Assembly (NCBI GenBank): GCA_964016885.1
Contig: OZ024742.1
Location: 197,532,001-197,596,000 of the forward strand
Reading direction: 5' to 3'
Source: Eledone cirrhosa
Lineage: Eukaryota
DNA length: 64,000 bases
Part shown: piece after piece, positions 54,326 through 64,000 of the stretch
Position numbering within the stretch: the first letter of the stretch is position 1
Layout: each line of letters begins with the position of its first letter
Notes under the pieces: generated by a model
Databases searched by the model: none
Seen by the model: the letters and a program-made list of their open reading frames with translations, nothing else
What the model was told of the DNA's origin: nothing
Translations under genes and position numbers: made by a program

Positions 54326-55305
54326 TTTTGATCAGGAACGCTGTCAAAATGAAAACAGCTGTAGATAACGGTTAAAAAGTAAATTGATGAGGTGTATGTG
54401 CGAATATTATAGATGGTATTCAAATATTAGAAGTCTAAAATATAGAAACTGGGTGTATTATTTTATATTGGGTTTAAATACTAAAACTTGGATTAAGAAG
54501 TTTAAAAATGAAATTAAATTAAAAATGAAATTAAATAAAATTAAATTAAAATAAGTATAAAAAAAGATTTTTATATAAAATAAATTAAAATAAAATAAAA
54601 AAGTAAAAATAGTCTATCTATGTCAAAATTAAAATTTTTTATTAAAAATCCATATATGTGGGGGTATACTATTTAATTATTATTTAATATCAACAAGTAA
54701 ATAAAGGAAATTGCTAGAATGATTTATAAAATTAGAAAAACATATGACGTCATAATTTGTTTACAAAATCTACGAAGGTTTGAGCGAAAATTTAAGACTA
54801 TCGAAAAAAGGTCAAAGGCTTTAAATATGCTGAGAAAACTAAATTAATACATTGTAGAATATAATGAAATACGTGTAAAAAAAAATATATATATATATAT
54901 ATGTAAAAAGAATATATATGTAAAAAAATATGTGTGTAAAAAATTAACCGTTATTCGTGGAAAAAGTTATAGGACATTAGCTATACACTTTGTGAAAGGT
55001 CTTGAAGGATTTATGATTACAAAGACCAAATAAATCTGTTCTTCTAATTATTATAGAGTTGAAATTCGAGATAATGGTAAATTTTTCAACTAGACATAAA
55101 TTATAAACACTAGATGTGGAAGCATTAAAGTATGGAGATGCGTTGTAGATGTTGTCTTCGAAATGCGCATAATAATATATATGGAACTTCTTTAACCATC
55201 TTTTAATTTCTTCTTTAATATATACTCCAGTTCTACCAACTGTTGAGTGTTACTTATCTGGGATATGCATAGTTTTATTGTTCTACAATATTACTCACCT
55301 TCTAC

Positions 55306-55344
<39 letters not shown>

Positions 55345-55575
55345 AAAAGAGAGCGAGAGAGAGGGGGGATTATATATATATAACCATCATGTTTTGTGAC
55401 CCTATCGCTATTCGCCACCTGTATATATATGTGTGTGTGTGTGTTCACACATTCTAACTGAATTAATATTACCTTGTGAATTAAGATGAAATTCAAGGTA
55501 TACTGGGTCGGGAATCTTACCCATGAAATATTTACAATAAAGTGATATATATATATATATATATATATATGTATA

Positions 55576-55887
55576 AATATTTCGTATCTCCAAGGAAATA
55601 CGGTTTTAGGAAGCCGTAGCTATGCAAACGCCGGGGGGCTAACGCCCTCTGGTGATGTCCAGCAGAAGCAAGGAGGACAACCGTCTATGCATTTCAGGCT
55701 TAACTGGCCTTCGTCAGGACGGTCCCTCCCACCGCTTGCGACTGCTGGACTAGAAGACAGGCGAGAATATATACTTTTCTCGTCTGTGTAAATGAGGTGA
55801 TTAATCTCATTTGCATATGAAGCTGCATAAGTTGGCTCAACTTATAATAAAAAGAAATAGGATTTCGCTTCAAGCATAGCTTTATAC
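55576..55887. mobile_element. stand-alone structured, HHR-containing element (retrozyme-like candidate)
   Basis: GC-richer island between (TA)n tracts, with six hairpins plus a closing helix, an HHR and no coding remnant. Confidence 0.55.
55680..55723 (-). ncRNA. intact minimal type-I hammerhead ribozyme
   Basis: accgtc-CTGACGA-aggc(cagttaa)gcct-GAAA-tgca-TA-gacggt. All stems are perfect, stem III is palindromic (ATGCAT) and the cleavage triplet is AUA. Confidence 0.85.
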
Positions 55888-56011
55888 AATATATATATAT
55901 ATAGTGTTCGAAATGTTATGGCTCTTTTCCTGCTGCATCAAGCGTTAAACTGATATATTTCTTCATTGTACTGTGTCGCTTTCTTTGTTATTTCTGTTTA
56001 CTTTTTATACT

Positions 56012-56074
<63 letters not shown>

Positions 56075-56261
56075 GGGGGGGGGGGTATCAGGATTAAACC
56101 AGTTTTAAACTATTAAGACTATTATTCAACGGAGTACTCAATACTTGAGACAGTAAAATGTAAATATATTAGAGAAACGGGGCCCGACAGCTGAGCTATT
56201 GCCGTTTCGACAACAAATTCCATACACACGCACACACACACACACACACGCACGCACGCAC

Positions 56262-56302
<41 letters not shown>

Positions 56303-56351
56303 TGAAAATGTGTGAGATCCTTGGTACAGTTGTTAGGTATATTTCAAAAAA

Positions 56352-56512
56352 AGGAAAAGAATGACTTCACTTGTAGTGTTACAAAAATGTTTATGATATA
56401 ATGTTATAATATTATAATATTATGAGTTTGGTAGACTCATAATATTATAATATTATAACATTAGCTCATAAAAAAATGTTTAACACTACAAGTGAAGTCA
56501 TTCTTTTCCTTT
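56352..56512. repeat. imperfect palindrome, ~75-bp arms
   Basis: AAGGAAAAGAATGACTTCACTTGTAGTGTTA...ATGAGT(ttggtag)ACTCAT...TAACACTACAAGTGAAGTCATTCTTTTCCTT. Confidence 0.85.
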
Positions 56513-56514
56513 TA

Positions 56515-56572
<58 letters not shown>

Positions 56573-56856
56573 GGTAGAAACAATAACAATACACAGATAT
56601 TAATATATACATTATATATATATATGTATATATATATGTATATTATATGTGTTAAGCCCAGTCTGTGAACATTTCAAATTATGTAACAGCTGAGACAATA
56701 TAATGTTTGAATGAGACATTAGCTGGGGAGAGGATTATCGGTTTGTTTTGTTCAATGAAATTAGTAAAAGTCAATATTAGATCCTAGCAGTATATATATA
56801 TTTATATATATATATATATGTATATATGGAGAGAGAAAGAAAGAGAGAGAGAGAGA

Positions 56857-56895
<39 letters not shown>

Positions 56896-56897
<2 letters not shown>

Positions 56898-57088
56898 CGA
56901 AGGAAATGTGGTAAGGAACCAGGTGGACCATAACGCACCAAAGTACTCAATATTTAGGGTAGTAGAGTGGGTAATAGGAACGAGTAAGACCCCGACGGCT
57001 GAGCTCAAGCCGTTTCGACGGCTAATTCTGGACGTCCAGAATTAGCCGTCGAAACGGCTTGAGCTCAGCCGTCGGGGTCTTACTCGTT

Positions 57089-57093
<5 letters not shown>
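56896..57093. mobile_element. half-hammerhead pLTR-like element with a perfect 2x60-bp spacerless palindrome
   Basis: 56974-57033 is the exact reverse complement of 57034-57093. Confidence 0.8.
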
Positions 57094-57123
<30 letters not shown>

Positions 57124-57219
57124 TTAGGTTTGATGACATCACCGGATTCATATGGAACCCGGTCATTGAAATGATCATAGTATAATAAACCTTTCAAGGA
57201 TTTACACCAGTCCAGCCTC

Positions 57220-57263
<44 letters not shown>

Positions 57264-57267
<4 letters not shown>

Positions 57268-57801
57268 TGTTAGTTATGGAATTTATTCAAATTTCTGGCA
57301 GTATTTTTACAATGACATGTGATTATTCACAATATACAGAATATAAATAGTTAATCATTTGTCGTTCTACTTTTCTTTTTGTAACTTGCTAAAAAAATCA
57401 AATTGAATAAATAGATTTTCACGGGAGCCTACAATGACCAGCTTATCCTTCGGAAAGCAGCTGTCGCCACAGCTTTACACAGCTGCCGTTCAAGTAAGTT
57501 TCGATTCTTTGCTTATAACTACATTTGTAGTGATGTGGCGTAGTATTTGTTCGAAATACAGAACTTAACTTATTTAGAAAAAACCACAAAAACAAGGAAC
57601 TATTTCTAATGAAAAAGTAAAACAACCTCCAATAAAATATCCAGTGTTTCACATCGTCTGTCATCAATCACCATACAGAATCTTTGGTTATTACAATTGC
57701 AGCGTAAAGAAATCAGAATCTGCTATAGGTATATTATATATATTTTCAAATATTCTATATACGACGAACTGGCAAAGTCGTTAGAAGGTTGGAGACATGG
57801 G
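57264..57801 (+). repeat. ~540-bp segment duplicated at 63035-63724
   Basis: Colinear, high identity by eye. The second copy has ~165 extra bp at 63446-63610. Confidence 0.85.
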
Positions 57802-57834
<33 letters not shown>

Positions 57835-57836
<2 letters not shown>

Positions 57837-58605
57837 CTTGCTGTTTTTCCAACATTCGGTTTGCTTTTCCTTCTTGTTGTTTACTTGTCTCACTCGTTTA
57901 CGCGTTTCACTTGTCCCAATAGCTTATTTTAGTTATTGCTCGAACCAACCTGAGGTATCTGATTTTTAATGCGATGAAATACCAATGATGGTTGGCAAAT
58001 CCCTGATGAGGGACTAATTTTATAATATGTAATCCATGTGCAACCACGCAGTATTCCTCTCCCCTTGTTTTTCATATATATTTACCTAGACTGCGATTAT
58101 CTGTTTCTCTCTTTCTCTCTTACTGCTCCCCCGTTCTCTCTGTTTATCTTACCTTCTTTCGCCCCCTCTGTCAGTTACACTTTCTCTCGACTGACCTCTT
58201 CCTCGTACTTCCACTCACTCACTCTCTGTTTCTCCCCTTCTCACTTCCTCCCGTTCGCTAGTAGTGGGGTTCCTTCTTTCTCACACCTCATTCACGGCGA
58301 ACAGTCTGCTTCTCTGACCGCTCATGAAATTCACCCAGCTTATGCTGATCGGATAACTACCATGTGGCTTGCTGTTTTCCAACCTTCGGTTTGCTTTTCC
58401 TTCTTGTTGTTTACTTGTCTCACTCGCTTTACGCGTTTAACTTGTCCCAATAGCTTATTTTAGTTATTGCTCGCACCAACCTGAGGTATCTGATTTTTAA
58501 TGCGATGAAATACCAATGATGGTTGGCAAATCACTGATGAGGGACTAATTTTATAATATGTAATCCATGTGCAACCATGCAGTATTCTTCTCCCCATGTT
58601 TTTCA
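57835..58605 (+). repeat. two ~240-bp direct repeats (57835-58075, 58366-58605), pLTR-like, each with CTGATGA but no GAAA half
   Basis: Near-identical copies separated by a CT-rich spacer and flanked by (TA)n. Confidence 0.7.
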
Positions 58606-58633
58606 TATATATATATATGTGTATATATATATG

Positions 58634-58819
<186 letters not shown>

Positions 58820-58857
58820 ATATATATATATATATATATGTTATATATATATATATG

Positions 58858-58904
<47 letters not shown>

Positions 58905-58949
58905 ATATATATATGGAGAAGTTTATGAAATGGAAATGCGGGTATACAG

Positions 58950-59010
<61 letters not shown>

Positions 59011-59025
59011 TATATACATATATAC

Positions 59026-59065
<40 letters not shown>

Positions 59066-59639
59066 ATATACATAATATATATAAACATAATATATATAAT
59101 ATATACATATAATATATATATATAATATATATAGTATATATATATATAATATACATAATATATATTATATATATATATTTATATATTATATGTATATATT
59201 TATATATATATGTGTGTGTATAACCATCATATCTGCTTATTACATATAGTAGACATATATAAATATATATAAACCTATATGTAATAATATATATTAATAT
59301 GTGTGTATTGTTATCGTTTCTATCAGTTTTTAGAATTGATAGACTCATATTTAGCCACATGGTTCTATGAGAGACTGTTAACACGCTCGCATGTGTCTGT
59401 GCAGAACTCTGGGGGTTTTCCGCTGGGAACAATCCCCGGTTTTCTATTTGTTCATACATTCATTCATTCACTCATTCATTTATTTATTTATTTGCTAATT
59501 TTCTACATTCTCGTGTGTCGCCCCTCCATGCATCCCGCCCCCTGTTTTATTTTATATCTTGTCTTATGTCGCCTCCAGATCTGGTGTGGGTGAGCTATGA
59601 GGCCTCACTCATACTAGCACTTTCCCTTCCACCCACATA

Positions 59640-62470
59640 CATTTGAGCCTAGCACCCAAGCTGACACTTGCAGCACTACGAACAGACGGAAGAGGGACCG
59701 GAACTGTTCGTGGTGCGGCTGCTTCCACCGCTTCACTTGTGTTGGCTTGACGCGTCGAGCCTCAAGTGCCTTCGCAGCGTGAGGATGCATCAACTGTCTC
59801 TTCCTCTCGTCTGCCCAGCCATGGCCGTCTGGCACACCACCAGATGAGACAGCGAGCTTGTCTGATGCCCAAGCCTCACTGGTCAACATCACTCGACTCA
59901 CGCGGCTCTGGAAGATTCCGCTCAAGATCCTGAGAGCGGCCCGGGTGCCGGTAGCCGATGACCTCGCTTCCTCAATTGAGAGTGCCCTGGACTCTAAGCG
60001 GGCCAGCGACTGGGAGCGCCTCTTTTATTTCGCCCCACTCGCCCTTGGCCTCCCCAACTCTGGCGCTGACCGAGGCGGCCTGTCGACAGCAGCCTTTGTC
60101 AAGGTCAAACTTTCGTCCTTTGGGAAAGCGCCCATCCCAAGCGTGCTGAAGGATGTCACACCCCTTGCTATCTGGTGCCTTCAATCCTCCACCCCCAGGC
60201 CAGCGCCAAACGTTTACGTGACCGCGTAAACGCTAAACTAATCATAGGTGATTTCTCGGCCGCAGTCAGAGTGGTTGCCTCAGATGACACTGTCCTCCAA
60301 CCCACGGAGGAGGTACTGGTTGCCCTGTGACTCAAGCACTCTGAGCCACGCGCTGACCTCAGGCCCATACCACCACCCGATCCTCCACTTGCTCCTTGTG
60401 ACTTCCGATGCAGACATCATGTCTTCTACAAGGCTATCCCCGCCTCTCCGCTGAGACCGGCGCCGCCTTCTGAGTGCAATTGTGGCACTCACCAATAGGC
60501 TCATCCATGGTGCTCTGGACCCTCACACCCGAGGCCTCTTTTTTTCGGCTAGCCTGACCGCTCCCAGGAAGAAGGAGGGTGGCATACGCCCCATAGCTAT
60601 GGGCAATGTCTTCCGGAGGCTGCCTGCTAAGGTGGTCTGCAGGTCCATAACTCCTGAGCTGGGTGAGGAGTTCAGTCGGGTGCAACTGGGTGTCGGCGTG
60701 TCCGGTGGTTGTGAGGGACCGCACATGCAACCAGGAAGATCTTCAACAGCTGCCCACCGGAACCGGCATCCAGGGACTCGAGGCACCTCAAGCTTGACAT
60801 GAGGAATGCCTTTAACTGCTTACGCCGGGACGATCTGCTCGATTCCTGCCTTGGTCTATCCCCCTCTGCCTACCCGCTGGCCTACTTGTCATATGGAGCC
60901 CCGAGTATGCTCCTTGCTGCTGATACGGTCATATCTTCGGCCACTGGTGTCCAACAGGGTGACCCTTTGGGCCCCCTCATGTTTGCCCTTGGTATGGACC
61001 ACATTGCCTGGGGTATCACGGCCCCTCTCAACGTTTGGTACCTGGATGATGCTACGTTGGGCGGACCCGTAGAGACTGTCTGCCATGACCTACAATCAGT
61101 GGTTCCTGCCCTGGCGGGAATCGGCCTCCAGGTCAACTCGTCCAAGTCGGAGGTGGTGAATGTCAGCCACGATGCTGAGAGCTTTGCAGCCTCCGTCTCG
61201 GACGTGCGGTCTATTCTCCACCAGGTACAAGTGACCCCCTCCCCCCTACAAAGAGGATGTCCTCATCCTCAGCTCACCGGTCCACCCGCCGGCCATCCGC
61301 TCCACCATCAGGTCCAGGCTTCAACAACTCCAGACTCTCACGAGCCGACTGGGCTTGATCGACGGCCACCCAACCCTCTTTCTGTTGAGGAACTGCTTCT
61401 CCATGCCGAAGCTCCTCTATACCCTTCGCAGTGCTCCGTGCTACACCCACGCATCTCTCCTAGCTGACTTCAATACTTGTATCCGAGCGACAACAGGTCA
61501 CTTTACCTGTCAGATATGGTGGCCTTGGCTTCCGGTCCCCGATCTCACTGACTTTGCCGGCGTTTCTTTCGTTTGTAATCTCATGCCGCGTCCTCTTCAC
61601 AGCGGTTCTCCAAAACACAATAGAACCCTCTGTGATCGGGGAACATGAGGCTGCCTGTGAGACGTGGGACCAGCTGGGACTTAGTCCAGTAGATGTCCCT
61701 CTTCCTTCTCCCCCTGCTGACGTCACCACCACCCCAAAGCATTTGGGATGCCATCCAGTGCAGCCTGGCCGCAGACAGGCTCACGCGCCAGCTCGACCAG
61801 CACTGCCTTGCCTGTTTTCGCGCGGCCTCCAAACCCCACAGTGGTGTCTGGCTCCATGCCTGGCCCTCCTTCTCCACTGGCACACAGCTGGATAACGATA
61901 GCCTGCGCATCGGTGTTTCCCTGAAGCTTGGCCTCCGGATCTCGAGCCACATAAATGTCGTTGTGGATCCACCGTGGACTCTTTCGGCCCCCACTCGCTT
62001 TCTTGTCGCCACAGTGCCAGCCGGCCATGCTGCCCTCAACGAGGTCATAAAGCATGGCTTGGACGCTGCAGGTTTTCCCTCCCAGCTCGAGCCGGTGGGG
62101 CTAGATCGAGGGGACGGCAAAGGTCCAGACGGTATGACCATCTTCCCGTTCCGCGGTGGCAAACACCTCATCTGGGATGCCACTTGCAGCGACACTTTCT
62201 CTAGCCGCAACCTGGTGCAGTCTGCGACTAACCCAGGTTCTGTTGCACTTTGGGCTGAGGAGGCCAAACTCTCTAAGTACCGGTCTCTCGTCGACAGGTT
62301 CGTGGTTGTGCCCTTGCTAGGGGAGACTTCTGATGTCCTTGGCCCTAGGGCTACCTCCCTACTCACCACCATAGGCGCTGAGCTGGAATGGCTCTTCCAG
62401 CACACCTCTCTTACCATCCTCCGGAGAAACACCTTCTCCATTCTGTCCGTCGTGGCTGTGGGGAGGCCAG
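59640..62470 (+). mobile_element. CRE-like non-LTR retrotransposon (RT plus REL endonuclease), decayed
   Basis: KKEGGIRPIAMG..FRRL, QLGVG..GGCE, LDMRNAFN, GVQQGDPLGPLMF, WYLDD, H.ALN, EP.GL...DGK.PDG, IWDATC, with several frameshifts and stops. Confidence 0.88.
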
Positions 62471-63867
62471 CACGTGAGACTCCCTCACCATACAGAGAGA
62501 TGGGGAAGGCGATAGAGATGGAGGCGATGACAGTGGGAGATCGGCTCTTCCATGTTCGGATCATATCTTTGTGGTTGTGTTCATTAAGCAGTTAATGATT
62601 CTGTTTGTGTATAAACATATAAACTAAGTTCATCTTGCCTTAACCTGATCAATTCCACAAATGGGCTTATATTACTAAAATATATAGTACCTATTCCTGT
62701 CAGCTGAGGCAAGTGATGTGTAGAAAATTTAATGTACATAATTAAGTACTTATTTATCCACTCAATCATATCAGCGCTACATATCACCATAACATTTTTA
62801 TATAGAAATGGCTTCTACAGGACTAGAACTGTTTCACTCGAACGAAATCTTTGTTGGTGAATTTAAAGAATGGGGATTCTTTTTTTTTTAAATACATAGT
62901 GATACAGAATGATACAAATGCAGGCACTCCTAATTTTCAAGGTTCATTTATTTTAAGCAAACAAAGTGTTTTCATTAAGTGGCTGTATTAACATGCTGTG
63001 TTAAGACAGCAAATGTAGGTAAACCAAAAATATATATACTGTTAGTTATTGAATTTATTCAAATTTCTGACAGTATTTTTATAATAACAGAATATATAGA
63101 CAAGACAGTTAGTCATATGTCGTTCTACTTTTTTTGGTAAATTGCTAATAAAATCAAATTGAATAAATAGATTTTCACGGGAGCCTACAATGACCAGCTT
63201 ATCCTTCAGAGAGCAGCTGTCACCACAGCTTTACACAGCTGCCGTTCAAGTAAGTTTCGATTCTTTGCTTATAACTACATTTGTAGTGATGTGGCGAAGT
63301 ATTTGTTCGAAATACAGAATATAGCTTATTTAGAAAAAAACCACAAAAATAAGGAACTATTTCTAATGAAAAAGTAAAACAACCTCCAATAAAATATCCA
63401 GTGTTTCACATCGTCTGTCATCAATCACCATACAGAATCTTTGGTCTTTGTAACAGACTTTGGTTTTTCTAACAGAGAAACAATTTACTACAGTCGCTCA
63501 AATCAAAAACAAATATAAATAATTCAGTTCTTGAACAGAGAAACGGCTTACTACAATCGCTTACATCAAAGACAAATATAAAATAATTTGCATCTGTAAC
63601 TGAGTGGACGGTTATTACAATTGCAGCGTAAAGAAATCAGAATCTAATATAGGTAAATTATATATATTTTCACATATTCTATATACGACGAATCAACAGA
63701 GTCGTTAGAGCGTTGGATAGATGGCTTTGCAGCATTCTCTCCGGCTCTCTACGAGTTCAGTTCAAAAACACACCGAGGTCCATTTTGCTCTCATCCTTGC
63801 GCGGTCGATTAAAAGATACCAGTCGAATACTGGGTCGATTCTTCGACTATATCTCTTTCTTGCTTCA

Positions 63868-63914
<47 letters not shown>

Positions 63915-63917
<3 letters not shown>

Positions 63918-64000
63918 TTGCAAGGTTTTTGATATGAAATCGTGTGTCGAAACAAATATTTCTGGCAATATTACAACAATATGACCCTCCCCAAGTATAA
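63915..64000. mobile_element. pLTR end fragments of PLE family B in inverted arrangement
   Basis: GAAATCGTGTGTCGAAACAAATATT followed by ATATGACCCTCCCCAAGTATAA, as in 27600-27680 and 32050-32130. Confidence 0.7.

Noticed and set aside
55649-55760. Plus-strand hammerhead in the retrozyme-like island (CTGGTGA-T followed by the long helix)
   Set aside because: The core has A6->G and the helix is followed by TAGAAG rather than GAAA, so it is not callable without a family consensus.

Overview
AT-rich, microsatellite-saturated eukaryotic DNA, most likely from an octopod cephalopod. This is inferred from the tRNA-derived SINE family, the (TA)n/(CATA)n/(GATA)n density and the retroelement mix, and is not verified. 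No confident host protein-coding gene is visible, and most ORF-track entries are simple-repeat artefacts. The window is a nest of mobile elements. It holds at least five Penelope-like elements (PLEs) of two types with pseudo-LTRs and inversions, R4/Dong-like, Tx1-like, CRE-like and RTE-like non-LTR retrotransposons, a 2.3-kb hAT (Charlie/Buster-like) transposon with TIRs and an 8-bp TSD, several MITEs and many SINEs. Reading both strands by eye gives about 12 minimal type-I hammerhead ribozyme (HHR) motifs with intact cores plus several decayed ones. The most unusual object is a stand-alone ~310-bp GC-richer island (55576-55887). It carries a perfect minus-strand HHR with an octamer and a TATA-like box upstream, and a multi-hairpin fold whose G-U pairs favour the opposite strand, so it is a candidate retrozyme-like RNA element. 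Each retroelement family also sits in its own microsatellite type. All folds, alignments and clade names come from manual inspection and recall, and no searches were run.
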